Below are positions 41,301-55,257 of a DNA stretch of 64,000 nt, piece after piece; within the stretch, counting starts at the first letter, position 1; the number at the start of each line of letters is the position of its first letter. Made by a program: the position numbers and the translations under genes. This stretch comes from Yuukianura sp. NJ FZ-2021. Its lineage: Eukaryota. The stretch is taken from contig CM102283.1 of the NCBI GenBank assembly GCA_046563655.1, forward strand, positions 62,001 through 126,000, in the 5' to 3' direction. The notes beneath the pieces are model-generated. The model searched no databases. It saw only the letters and a program-made list of their open reading frames with translations, and was not told where the DNA came from.

Positions 41301-44300
41301 CCATCTGAAGTGAACCAAGCTCAATTTTTGTCAAAAAATTCATTTTTTTTTCATTCAAAACTCCCCAAAAAGTCATTCTGAGCTATCTGAGAACTGAAAA
41401 TTGCACTCCGATATTTTGCTTCTGAAAGCCCATCTGAAGTCAACGAATCTCAATTTTTGTCCAAAAAATCAATTTTGTTCATTGAAAACTCCCCAAAAAG
41501 TCATTCTGAGCTATCTGAGAACTGAAAATTGCACTCCGATATTTTGCTTCTGAAAGCCCATCTGAAGTCAACCAATCTCAATTTTTGTCCAAAAAATCAA
41601 TTTTGTTCATTGAAAACTCCCCAAAAAGTCATTCTGAGCTATCTGAGAACTGAAAATTGCACTCCGATATTTTGCGTCGGAAAGCACATCTGAAGTGAAC
41701 CAAGCTCAATTTTGTCAAAAAATCCATTTTTTTTCATTCAAAACTCCCCAAAAAGTCATTCTGAGCTATCTGAGAACTGAAAATTGCACTCCGATATTTT
41801 GCTTCTGAAAGCCCATCTGAAGTCAACGAATCTCAATTTTTGTCCAAAAAATCAATTTTGTTCATTGAAAACTCCCCAAAAAGTCATTCTGAGCTATCTG
41901 AGAACTGAAAATTGCACTCCGATATTTTGCTTCTGAAAGCCCATCTGAAGTGAACCAACCTCAATTTTGTCAAAAAATCAATTTTGTTCATTGAAAACTC
42001 CCCAAAAAGTCATTCTGAGCTATCTGAGAACTGAAAATTGCACTCCGATATTTTGCTTCTGAAAGCCCATCTGAAGTCAACGAATCTCAATTTTTGTCCA
42101 AATAATCAATTTTGTTCATTGAAAACTCCCCAAAAAGTCATTCTGAGCTATCTGAGAACTGAAAATTGCACTCCGATATTTTGCGTCGGAAAGCACATCT
42201 GAAGTGAACCAATCTCCGTTTTTGTCAAAAAATTAATTTTGTTCATTGAAAACTCCCCAAAAAGTCATTCTGAGCTATCTGAGAACTGAAAATTGCACTC
42301 CGATATTTTGCTTCTGAAAGCCCATCTGAAGTCAACGAATCTCAATTTTTGTCCAAAAAATCAATTTTGTTCATTGAAAACTCCCCAAAAAGTCATTCTG
42401 AGCTATCTGAGAACTAAAAATTGCACTCCGATATTTTGCCTCGGAAAGCCCATCTGAAGTGAACCAAGCTCAATTTTTGTCAAAAAATTCATTTTTTCAT
42501 TCAAAACTCCCCAAAAAGTCATTCTGAGCTATCTGAGAACTGAAAATTGCACTCCGATATTTTGCTTCTGAAAGCCCATCTGAAGTCAACCGATCTCAAT
42601 TTTTGTCCAAAAAAATCAATTTTGTTCATTGAAAACTCCCCAAAAAGTCATTCTGAGCTATCTGAGAACTGAAAATTGCACTCCGATATTTTGCTTCTGA
42701 AAGCCCATCTGAAGTCAACGAATCTCAATTTTTGTCCAAATAATCAATTTTGTTCATTGAAAACTCCCCAAAAAGTCATTCTGAGCTATCTGAGAACTGA
42801 AAATTGCACTCCGATATTTTGCTTCTGAAAGCCCATCTGAAGTCAACCGATCTCAATTTTTCTCAAAAAATTCATTTTTTTCATTCAAAACTCCCCAAAA
42901 AGTCATTCTGAGCTATCTGAGAACTGAAAATTGCACTCCGATATTTTGCTTCTGAAAGCCCATCTGAAGTCAACGAATCTCAATTTTTGTCCAAATAATC
43001 AATTTTGTTCATTGAAAACTCCCCAAAAAGTCATTCTGAGCTATCTGAGAACTGAAAATTGCACTCCGATATTTTGCTTCTGAAAGCCCATCTGAAGTGA
43101 ACCACGCTCAATTTTTGTCAAAAAATGAATTTTTTTCATTCAAAACTCCCCAAAAAGTCATTCTGAGCTATCTGAGAACTGAAAATTGCACTCCGATATT
43201 TTGCTTCTGAAAGCCCATCTGAAGCCAACCGAATCTCAATTTTTGTCCAAAAAATCAATTTTGTTCATTGAAAACTCCCCAAAAAGTCATTCTGAGCTAT
43301 CTGAGAACTGAAAATTGCACTCCGATATTTTGCTTCTGAAAGCCCATCTGAAGTGAACCAAGCTCAATTTTTGTCAAAAAATCTATTTTTTTCATTGAAA
43401 ACTCCCCAAAAAGTCATTCTGAGCTATCTGAGAACTGAAAATTGCACTCCGATATTTTGCTTCTGAAAGCCCATCTGAAGTCAACGAATCTCAATTTTTG
43501 TCCAAAAAATCAATTTTGTTCATTGAAAACTCCCCAAAAAGTCATTCTGAGCTATCTGAGAACTGAAAATTGCACTCCGATATTTTGCTTCTGAAAGCCC
43601 ATCTGAAGTCAACCAATCTCAATTTTTGTCCAAAAAATCAATTTTGTTCATTGAAAACTCCCCAAAAAGTCATTCTGAGCTATCTGAGAACTGAAAATTG
43701 CACTCCGATATTTTGCTTCTGAAAGCCCATCTGAAGTCAACCAATCTCAATTTTTGTCCAAAAAATCAATTTTGTTCATTGAAAACTCCCCAAAAAGTCA
43801 TTCTGAGCTATCTGAGAACTGAAAATTGCACTCCGATATTTTGCTTCTGAAAGCCCATCTGAAGTGAACCAAGCTCATTTTTTGTCAAAAAATTAATTTT
43901 TTTCATTCAAAACTCCCCACAAAGTCATTCTGAGCTATCTGAGAACTGAAAATTGCACTCCGATATTTTGCTTCTGAAAGCCCATCTGAAGTCAACGAAT
44001 CTCAATTTTTGTCCAAATAATCAATTTTGTTCATTGAAAACTCCCCAAAAAGTCATTCTGAGCTATCTGAGAACTAAAAATTGCACTCCGATATTTTGCC
44101 TCGGAAAGCCCATCTGAAGTAAACCTAGCTCAATTTTGTCAAAAAATTCATTTTTTTATTCAAAACTCCCCAAAAAGTCATTCTGAGCTATCTGAGAACT
44201 GAAAATTGCACTCCGATATTTTGCTTCTGAAAGCCCATCTGAAGTCAACGAATCTCAATTTTTGTCCAAATAATCAATTTTGTTCATTGAAAACTCCCCA

Positions 44301-47300
44301 AAAAGTCATTCTGAGCTATCTGAGAACTGAAAATTGCACTCCGATATTTTGCTTCTGAAAGCCCATCTGAAGTCAACCGATCTCAATTTTTGTCCAAAAA
44401 ATCAATTTTTTTCATTCAAAACTCCCCAAAAAGTCATTCTGAGCTATCTGAGAACTGAAAATTGCACTCCGATATTTTGCTTCTGAAAGCCCATCTGAAG
44501 TCAACCAATCTCAATTTTTGTCAAAAAAATCAATTTTGTTCATTGAAAACTCCCCAAAAAGTCATTCTGAGCTATCTGAGAACTGAAAATTGCACTCCGA
44601 TATTTTGCTTCTGAAAGCCCATCTGAAGTCAACGAATCTCAATTTTTGTCCAAATAATCAATTTTGTTCATTGAAAACTCCCCAAAAAGTCATTCTGAGC
44701 TATCTGAGAACTGAAAATTGCACTCCGATATTTTGCTTCTGAAAGCCCATCTGAAGTGAACCAATCTCAATTTTTGTCAAAAAATCCATTTTTTTCATTG
44801 AAAACTCCCCAAAAAGTCATTCTGAGCTATCTGAGAACTGAAAATTGCACTCCGATATTTTGCTTCTGAAAGCCCATCTGAAGTCAACGAATCTCAATTT
44901 TTGTCCAAAAAATCAATTTTGTTCATTGAAAACTCCCCAAAAAGTCATTCTGAGCTATCTGAGAACTGAAAATTGCACTCCGATATTTTGCTTCTGAAAG
45001 CCCATCTGAAGTCAACGAATCTCAATTTTTGTCCAAATAATCAATTTTGTTCATTGAAAACTCCCCAAAAAGTCATTCTGAGCTATCTGAGAACTGAAAA
45101 TTGCACTCCGATATTTTGCATCGGAAAGCCCATCTGAAGTGAACCAAAGCTCAATTTTTGTCCAAAAAATCAATTTTGTTCATTGAAAACTCCCCAAAAA
45201 GTCATTCTGAGCTATCTGAGAACTGAAAATTGCACTCCGTATTTTTGCCTCGGAAAGCCCATCTGAAGTCAACCAATCTCAATTTTTGTCAAAAAATCCA
45301 TTTTTTTTATTGAAAACTCCCCAAAAAGTCATTCTGAGCTATCTGAGAACTGAAAATTGCACTCCGATATTTTGCTTCTGAAAGCCCATCTGAAGTCAAC
45401 GAATCTCAATTTTTGTCCAAAAAATCAATTTTGTTCATTGAAAACTCCCCAAAAAGTCATTCTGAGCTATCTGAGAACTGAAAATTGCACTCCGATATTT
45501 TGCGTCGGAAAGCACATCTGAAGTGAACCAATCTCAATTTTTGTCCAAAAAATCAATTTTGTTCATTGAAAACTCCCCAAAAAGTCATTCTGAGCTATCT
45601 GAGAACTGAAAATTGCACTCCGATATTTTGCTTCTGAAAGCCCATCTGAAGTGAACCAATCTCAATTTTTGTCCAAAAAATCAATTTTGTTCATTGAAAA
45701 CTCCCCAAAAAGTCATTCTGAGCTATCTGAGAACTGAAAATTGCACTCCGATATTTTGCTTCTGAAAGCCCATCTGAAGTCAACCAAGCTCAATTTTTGT
45801 CAAAAAATCAATTCTGTTCATTAATAACTCCCCAAAAAGTCATTCTGAGCTATCTGAGAACTGAAAATTGCACTCCGATATTTTGCTTCTGAAAGCCCAT
45901 CTGAAGTGAACCAATCTCACTTTTTGTCAAAAAATTCATTTTTTTCATTCAAAACTCCCCAAAAAGTCATTCTGAGCTATCTGAGAACTGAAAATTGCAC
46001 TCCGATATTTTGCCTCGGAAAGCCCATCTGAAGTGAACCAATCTCAATTTTTGTCAAAAAATTCAATTTTTTCATTCAAAACTCCCCAAAAAGTCATTCT
46101 GAGCTATCTGAGAACTGAAAATTGCACTCCGATATTTTGCTTCTGAAAGCCCATCTGAAGTCAACGAATCTCAATTTTTGTCCAAAAAATCAATTTTGTT
46201 CATTGAAAACTCCCCAAAAGTCATTCTGAGCTATCTGAGAACTGAAAATTGCACTCCGATATTTTGCTTCTGAAAGCCCATCTGAAGTCAACGAATCTCA
46301 ATTTTTGTCCAAATAATCAATTTTGTTCATTGAAAACTCCCCAAAAAGTCATTCTGAGCTATCTGAGAACTGAAAATTGCACTCCGATATTTTGCTTCTG
46401 AAAGCCCATCTGAAGTCAACCAATCTCAATTTTTGTCCAAAAAATCAATTTTTTCATTGAAAACTCCCCAAAAAGTCATTCTGAGCTATCTGAGAACTGA
46501 AAATTGCACTCCGATATTTTGCTTCTGAAAGCCCATCTGAAGTCAACGAATCTCAATTTTTGTCCAAAAAATCAATTTTGTTCATTGAAAACTCCCCAAA
46601 AAGTCATTCTGAGCTATCTGAGAACTGAAAATTGCACTCCGATATTTTGCGTCGGAAAGCACATCTGAAGTGAACCAAGCTCAATTTTTGTCAAAAAATC
46701 AATTTTGTTCATTGAAAACTCCCCAAAAAGTCATTCTGAGCTATCTGAGAACTGAAAATTGCACTCCGATATTTTGCTTCTGAAAGCCCATCTGAAGTGA
46801 ACCGAATCTCAATTTTTGTCCAAAAAATCAATTTTGTTCATTGAAAACTCCCCAAAAAGTCATTCTGAGCTATCTGAGAACTGAAAATTGCACTCCGATA
46901 TTTTGCTTCTGAAAGCCCATCTGAAGTCAACCAATCTCAATTTTTGTCCAAAAAATCAATTTTGTTCATTGAAAACTCCCCAAAAAGTCATTCTGAGCTA
47001 TCTGAGAACTGAAAATTGCACTCCGATATTTTGCTTCTGAAAGCCCATCTGAAGTGAACCAAGCTCAATTTTTGTCAAAAAATCTTTTTTTTTCCTTGAA
47101 AACTCCCCAAGAAGTCATTCTGAGCTTTCTGAGAACTGAAAATTGCACTCCGATATTTTGCCTCGGAAAGCCCATCTGAAGTAAACCTAGCTCAATTTTG
47201 TCAAAAAATTCATTTTTTTTATTCAAAACTCCCCAAAAAGTCATTCTGAGCTATATGAGAACTGAAAATTGCACTCCGATATTTTGCTTCTGAAAGCCCA

Positions 47301-50300
47301 TCTGAAGTCAACGAATCTCAATTTTTGTCCAAAAAATTCAATTTTGTTCATTGAAAACTCCCCAAAAAGTCATTCTGAGCTATCTGAGAACTGAAAATTG
47401 CACTCCGATATTTTGCTTCTGAAAGCCCATCTGAAGTCAACCAATCTCAATTTTTGTCCAAAAAATCAATTTTGTTCATTGAAAACTCCCCAAAAAGTCA
47501 TTCTGAGCTATCTGAGAACTGAAAATTGCACTCCGATATTTTGCCTCGGAAAGCCCATCTGAAGTCAACCAATCTCAATTTTTGTCAAAAAATCCATTTT
47601 TTTTCACTCAAAACTCCCCAAAAAGTCATTCTGAGCTATCTGAGAACTGAAAATTGCACTCCGATATTTTGCTTCTGAAAGCCCATCTGAAGTCAACGAA
47701 TCTCAATTTTTGTCCAAAAAATCAATTTTGTTCATTGAAAACTCCCCAAAAAGTCATTCTGAGCTATCTGAGAACTGAAAATTGCACTCCGATATTTTGC
47801 TTCTGAAAGCCCATCTGAAGTGAACCAATCTCAATTTTTGTCAAAAAATCAATTTTGTTCATTCAAAACTCCCCAAAAAGTCATTCTGAGCTATCTGAGA
47901 ACTGAAAATTGCACTCCGATATTTTGCTTCTGAAAGCCCATCTGAAGTCAACGAATCTCAATTTTTGTCCAAATAATCAATTTTGTTCATTCAAAACTCC
48001 CCAAAAAGTCATTCTGAGCTATCTGAGAACTGAAGATAGCACTCCGTAATTTTGCTTCTGAAAACCCATCTGAAGTGAACCAAGCTCAATTTTGTCAAAA
48101 AATTCATTTTTTTTCATTCAAAACTCCCCAAAAAGTCATTCTGAGCTATCTGAGAACTGAAGATAGCACTCCGTAATTTTGCTTCTGAAAACCCATCTGA
48201 AGTGAACCAAGCTCAATTTTTGTCAAAAAATCAATTTTGTTCATTGAAAACTCCCCAAAAAGTCATTCTGAGCTATCTGAGAACTGAAAATTGCACTCCG
48301 ATATTTTGCTTCTGAAAGCCCATCTGAAGTGAACCAATCTCACTTTTGTCAAAAAATCCATTTTTTTCATTGAAAACTCCCCAAAAAGTCATTCTGAGCT
48401 ATCTGAGAACTGAAAATTGCACTCCGATATTTTGCTTCTGAAAGCCCATCTGAAGTCAACCAATCTCAATTTTTGTCCAAAAAATCAATTTTGTTCATTG
48501 AAAACTCCCCAAAAAGTCATTCTGAGCTATCTGAGAACTGAAAATTGCACTCCGATATTTTGCTTCTGAAAGCCCATCTGAAGTCAACCAATCTCAATTT
48601 TTGTCCAAAAAATCAATTTTGTTCATTGAAAACTCCCCAAAAAGTCATTCTGAGCTATCTGAGAACTGAAAATTGCACTCCGATATTTTGCTTCTGAAAG
48701 CCCATCTGAAGTGAACCACGCTCAATTTTTGTCAAAAAATCTATTTTTTCATTGAAAACTCCCCAAAAAGTCATTCTGAGCTATCTGAGAACTGAAAATT
48801 CCACTCCCATATTTTGCTTCTGAAAGCCCATCTGAAGTCAACCAATCTCAATTTTTGTCAAAAAATCCATTTTTTTCATTGAAAACTCCCCAAAAAGTCA
48901 TTCTGAGCTATCTGAGAACTGAAAATTGCACTCCGATATTTTGCTTCTGAAAGCCCATCTGAAGTCAACGAATCTCAATTTTTGTCCAAAAAATCAATTT
49001 TGTTCATTGAAAACTCCCCAAAAAGTCATTCTGAGCTATCTGAGAACTGAAAATTGCACTCCGATATTTTGCTTCTGAAAGCCCATCTGAAGTCAACGAA
49101 TCTCAATTTTTGTCCAAATAATCAATTTTGTTCATTGAAAACTCCCCAAAAAGTCATTCTGAGCTATCTGAGAACTGAAAATTGCACTCCGATATTTTGC
49201 TTCTGAAAGCCCATCTGAAGTCAACGAATCTCAATTTTTGTCCAAAAAATCAATTTTGTTCATTGAAAACTCCCCAAAAAGTCATTCTGAGCTATCTGAG
49301 AACTGAAAATTGCACTCCGATATTTTGCTTCTGAAAGCCCATCTGAAGTCAACCAATCTCAATTTTTGTCCAAAAAATCAATTTTGTTCATTGAAAACTC
49401 CCCAAAAAGTCATTCTGAGCTATCTGAGAACTGAAAATTGCACTCCGATATTTTGCTTCTGAAAGCCCATCTGAAGTCAACGAATCTCAATTTTTGTCCA
49501 AAAAATCAATTTTGTTCATTGAAAACTCCCCAAAAAGTCATTCTGAGCTATCTGAGAACTAAAAATTGCACTCCGATATTTTGCCTCGGAAAGCCCATCT
49601 GAAGTGAACCAATCTCACTTTTTGTCAAAAAATTCATTTTTTTCATTGAAAACTCCCCAAAAAGTCATTCTGAGCTATCTGAGAACTGAAAATTGCACTC
49701 CGATATTTTGCTTCTGAAAGCCCATCTGAACTCAACCAATCTCAATTTTTGTCCAAAAAATCAATTCTGTTCATTAATAACTCCCCAATAAGTCATTCTG
49801 AGCTATCTGAGAACTGAAAATTGCACTCCGATATTTTGCTTCTGAAAGCCCATCTGAAGTGAACCAATCTCAATTTTTGTCAAAAAATCAATTTTTTTCA
49901 TTGAAAACTCCCCAAAAAGTCATTCTGAGCTATCTGAGAACTGAAAATTGCACTCCGATATTTTGCCTCGGAAAGCTCATTTGAAGCGAACTAAGCTCAA
50001 TTTTTGTCCAAAAAATCAATTTTTTTCATTGAAAACTCCCCAAAAAGCATTCTGAGCTATCCGAGAGCTGAAAATTGCAATCCGATATTTTGCTTCTGAA
50101 AGCCCATCTGAAGTCAACCAATCTCAATTTTTGTCCAAAAAATCAATTCTGTTCATTAATAACTCCCCAATAAGTCATTCTGAGCTATCTGAGAACTGAA
50201 AATTGCACTCCGATATTTTGTCTCGGAAAGCCCATCTGAAGTGAACCAAGTTCAATTTTTGTCCAAAAAATCAATTTTTTTCATTGAAAACTCCCCAAAA

Positions 50301-53067
50301 AGTCATTCTGAGCTATCTGAGAACTGAAAATTGCACTCCGATATTTTGCTTCTGAAAGCCCATCTGAAGTCGGCGAATCTCAATTTTTGTCAAAAAATTC
50401 ATTTTTTTCATTCAAAACTCCCCAAAAAGTCATTCTGAGCTATCTGAGAACTGAAAATTGCACTCCGATATTTTGCTTCTGAAAGCCCATCTGAAGTCAA
50501 CGAATCTCAATTTTTGTCAAAAAATCAATTTTGTTCATTGAAAACTCCCCAAAAAGTCATTCTGAGCTATCTGAGAACTGAAAATTGCACTCCGATATTT
50601 TGCTTCTGAAAGCCCATCTGAAGTGAACCAAGCTCAATTTTTGTCAAAAAATCTATTTTTTTTCATTGAAAACTCCCCAAAAAGTCATTCTGAGCTATCT
50701 GAGAACTGAAAATTGCACTCCGATATTTTGCTTCTGAAAGCCCATCTGAAGTCAACGAATCTCAATTTTTGTCCAAATAATCAATTTTGTTCATTGAAAA
50801 CTCCCCAAAAAGTCATTCTGAGCTATCTGAGAACTAAAAATTGCACTCCGATATTTTGCCTCGGAAAGCCCATCTGAAGTGAACCAATCTCAATTTTTGT
50901 CAAAAAATCTATTTTTTTCATTGAAAACTCCCCAAAAAGTCATTCTGAGCTATCTGAGAACTGAAAATTGCACTCCGATATTTTGCTTCTGAAAGCCCAT
51001 CTGAAGTGAACCAAGCTCAATTTTTGTCAAAAAATCTATTTTTTTCATTGAAAACTCCCCAAAAAGTCATTCTGAGCTATCTGAGAACTGAAAATTGCAC
51101 TCCGATATTTTGCTTCTGAAAGCCCATCTGAAGTCAACCAAGCTCAATTTTTGTCAAAAAATCTATTTTTTCATTGAAAACTCCCCAAAAAGTCATTCTG
51201 AGCTATCTGAGAACTGAAAATTCCACTCCCATATTTTGCTTCTGAAAGCCCATCTGAAGTCAACCAATCTCAATTTTTGTCCAAAAAATCAATTTTGTTC
51301 ATTGAAAACTCCCCAAAAAGTCATTCTGAGCTATCTGAGAACTGAAAATTGCACTCCGATATTTTGCTTCTGAAAGCCCATCTGAAGTCAACCAATCTCA
51401 ATTTTTGTCAAAAAAATCAATTTTGTTCATTGAAAACTCCCCAAAAAGTCATTCTGAGCTATCTGAGAACTGAAAATTGCACTCCGATATTTTGCTTCTG
51501 AAAGCCCATCTGAAGTCAACGAATCTCAATTTTTGTCCAAATAATCAATTTTTTTCATTGAAAACTCCCCAAAAAGTCATTCTGAGCTATCTGAGAACTG
51601 AAAATTGCACTCCGATATTTTGCTTCTGAAAGCCCATCTGAACTCAACCAATCTCAATTTTTGTCCAAAAAATCAATTCTGTTCATTAATAACTCCCCAA
51701 TAAGTCATTCTGAGCTATCTGAGAACTGAAAATTGCACTCCGATATTTTGCTTCTGAAAGCCCATCTGAACTCAACCAATCTCAATTTTTGTCCAAAAAA
51801 TCAATTCTGTTCATTAATAACTCCCCAATAAGTCATTCTGAGCTATCTGAGAACTGAAAATTGCACTCCGATATTTTGCTTCTGAAAGCCCATCTGAAGT
51901 GAACCAATCTCAATTTTTGTCCAAAAAATCAATTTTGTTCATTGAAAACTCCCCAAAAAGTCATTCTGAGCTATCTGAGAACTGAAAATTGCACTCCGAT
52001 ATTTTGCTTCTGAAAGCCCATCTGAAGTGAACCAATCTCAATTTTTGTAAAAAAAAATCAATTTTGTTCATTGAAAACTCCCCAAAAAGTCATTCTGAGC
52101 TATCTGAGAACTGAAAATTGCACTCCGATATTTTGCTTCTGAAAGCCCATCTGAAGTCAACGAATCTCAATTTTTGTCCAAAAAATCAATTTTGTTCATT
52201 GAAAACTCCCCAAAAAGTCATTCTGAGCTATCTGAGAACTGAAAATTGCACTCCGATATTTTGCCTAGGAAAGCCCATCTGAAGTGAACCAATGTCAAGT
52301 TTTGTCAAAAAAGATACATTTTTTTCATTGAAAACTCCCCAAAAAGTCATTCTGAGCTATCTGAGAACTGAAAATTGCACTCCGATATTTTGCTTCTGAA
52401 AGCCCATCTGAAGTCAACCAAGCTCAATTTTTGTCAAAAAATTCATTTTTTTTCATTCAAAACTCCCCAAAAAGTCATTCTGAGCTATCTGAGAACTGAA
52501 AATTGCACTCCGATATTTTGCTTCTGAAAGCCCATCTGAAGTCAACCAATCTCAATTTTTGTCAAAAAAATCAATTTTGTTCATTGAAAACTCCCCAAAA
52601 AGTCATTCTGAGCTATCTGAGAACTGAAAATTGCACTCCGATATTTTGCTTCTGAAAGCCCATCTGAAGTCAACGAATCTCAATTTTTGTCCAAATAATC
52701 AATTTTGTTCATTGAAAACTCCCAAAAAAGTCATTCTGAGCTATCTGAGAACTGAAAATTGCACTCCGATATTTTGCTTCTGAAAGCCCATCTGAAGTCA
52801 ACCAATCTCAATTTTTGTCCAAAAAAATCAATTTTGTTCATTAATAACTCCCCAAGAAGTCATTCTGAGCTATCTGAGAACTGAAATTGCACTCCGATAT
52901 TTTGCTTCTGAAAGCCCATCTGAAGTGAACTAAGCACAATTTTTGTCCAAAAAATCAATTTTGTTCATTGAAAACTCCCCAAAAAGTCATTCTGAGCTAT
53001 CTGAGAACTGAAAATTGCACTCCGATATTTTGCTTCTGAAAGCCCATCTGAAGTGAGCCAAGCTCAA
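32326..53067. repeat. 127-bp satellite (block 5; ends at assembly gap)
   Basis: Uninterrupted monomers, dominated by the gcttctgaaagccc / gtcaacgaatctc or gtcaaccaatctc / gtccaaaaaatcaattttgttcattg variant. Confidence 0.99.
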
Positions 53068-53167
53068 NNNNNNNNNNNNNNNNNNNNNNNNNNNNNNNNN
53101 NNNNNNNNNNNNNNNNNNNNNNNNNNNNNNNNNNNNNNNNNNNNNNNNNNNNNNNNNNNNNNNNNNN
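53068..53167. other. Assembly gap (100 N)
   Basis: Exactly 100 N, typical of a scaffolding gap of unknown size, so adjacency of the two sides is not shown by sequence. Confidence 0.99.
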
Positions 53168-53215
53168 GAGGCAAGACGCCTTCCGATCAGAAGAGGAGCC
53201 AAGCCAACTACTGAA

Positions 53216-53773
53216 CAGAGCATTTTTGATTACTCCAAAATTGTAATTGATTACAGATTACAAGATTAGTTCATGAAAACTGTAATCAATTACAATTACA
53301 GATTATGATTACATGTAATCGTAATCATAATCAAATTTTGTAATCTGTAATCGGTAATCAAATTCTTAAGCTAAGACTACAGATTACTTTTGACTTTAAA
53401 AACACATGCAAATTTAGAAAAAGTGTATAAAGAATTGCCAGAAACGGTGTTATAATTGCATTATTTACAAACATGTTAACTCATGCAAGGCAAGTGACAC
53501 TGTATTTACTGTATTTTCCATAATAAAATTTGATTTGCATGTACAAAAATGACATTTGCGTCGTATTTATGAAAAATTCGGTAATCAATGTAATCTAAAT
53601 TTGAAAAACCGAATTTGATTACCAATTAGGATTACTGGTCAGTAAAATTTGTAATCAATTACAGCATGATTACAGATTACTCTAAGGGGTTTGATTACAG
53701 ATTACAGATTATTAATCTGTAATCATAATCCAGATTTGATTATGATTAAGTAATCATATTCAAAAATGCTCTG
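53216..53773. mobile_element. Non-autonomous hAT-type DNA transposon (MITE), 558 bp
   Basis: Perfect 14-bp TIRs CAGAGCATTTTTGA (53216-53229) and TCAAAAATGCTCTG (53760-53773); 8-bp TSD ctactgaa (53208-53215, 53774-53781); dense subterminal GATTAC/GTAATC motifs; no ORF. Confidence 0.92.
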
Positions 53774-55257
53774 CTACTGAATTTGAAATTGAACACAAAA
53801 AAATGAGTCCAACAATTAGCTTTTACCCTGCACCCTTCACGTCTTCACATAAGGGCATTTTTAAAAAATTCAAACAAAAGACATTTAAGTGAACTGCAAA
53901 GAATCCGCTCAAACCTAATTGGTTTTAATTAAACTAATTAAGATTAAAAAAAGTTTTGATTATTTGATGTTGATTTCCATTAATTTCATTAATTTGTTGT
54001 TTCTACTGATTTTATTTAGGGTTAAATCCAACATGTAGTGTTCCCAAAATTGGCGCAGGTAAGAAGATGTTTGTGGCCGCCAGAGTTACCCATGCGCTAC
54101 TCAAAATTCTTCTATGACTCTGAATTCAAATCTAATTCAATCGATTAATTAACTAAAAGCAAAGTTAATTGGATATGACAATTAAAAACAACTGAAGAAG
54201 AGACAGATGCTGTTTGTTTACATAAGGAAACTGTGTCTCCTCTGCTTTCATTTCTCGTATGAGATCACAAAAGTGAATGAAAAGAATTTGCTGAGCTTCC
54301 CTTTTATATGAGAGACGAAAGGAGTAGAACGAAGGAAGATTTTACTCTTTTGGAGTTGGATGGTGGGGGAGGGAATGGGTGGCAATGGAAAAAATGCTTG
54401 TGGGGACCATCCCAACTCCAAACCCCCCAACTAACAAACATTTTGAGTGAAAAAACGGAGAAAGTTCCACAGATCAGGCAGAATCTATTGGAGTTCACTC
54501 CACTTCAATTTTATTTTGGTTTTTGAACACCAAACTCACATCTTCTGCATGTGGTTTCGATTCTTAAATCTAAAGTAAAAGTTCTATAAACTTTTTTCAA
54601 TTTCACTTTTTTTGCTTCTTTTCCCCAAACTTTCTTTGTACTTTTTTTTATGAAAGTTAAAAATGAATTTTTCATGTTATTTATCCGAAAACAGAACTAA
54701 AAAGGCCAATTAATGCCAAAATTGCTATTTTTTTCTTGTGAAGAAACAGAAAAGACAGTCGTATCAATTTTCTTGTGCAAAATGTCATTTGTGATGATTT
54801 TCCATCATCATTTCGTCAGAATAACTTGAATTTTTTGAGTGTGAAAATCACAGAAAGTTGCTGAGAACAGGGAGAGCCCGTATGAGTTGACTCCACTTTA
54901 TTTTCAGATTGTGTTTCGTCCACTCTCAAAACACAAATTCTCCGCACATTTTCTCTTCTCCAAACAAAATCGAAACAAAATCAAAGGTTAAAAGCTTTCC
55001 AATTTCACTTTCTTTGCATTATTTTCACCAACTTTCTTTGTAATTTTAGTTTCCATTCGAAAATTCACTTTAATTGAAATCTAAGCGTGGAAAATGAAAG
55101 TTATGTTGAAAAAACTGTTTCTTGTTGTGAACAAATATGGACTACAATAGTGAAAGTTGTTTCACTCTGATCAGCCGCCATTTTGAGTGCCAGATTAATC
55201 GTTAAAGACCTCACAATTTGCACAACTTTCCAATTGGCGAAACAACTTTCTCCTTGA

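Noticed and set aside
1-53067. CRISPR-like array of regular repeats
   Set aside because: Monomers are contiguous with no unique spacers, there are no cas genes, and the context is eukaryotic.
53068-53167. Biological satellite-to-unique-sequence boundary
   Set aside because: The junction is a scaffolding gap, so true distance and adjacency are unknown.
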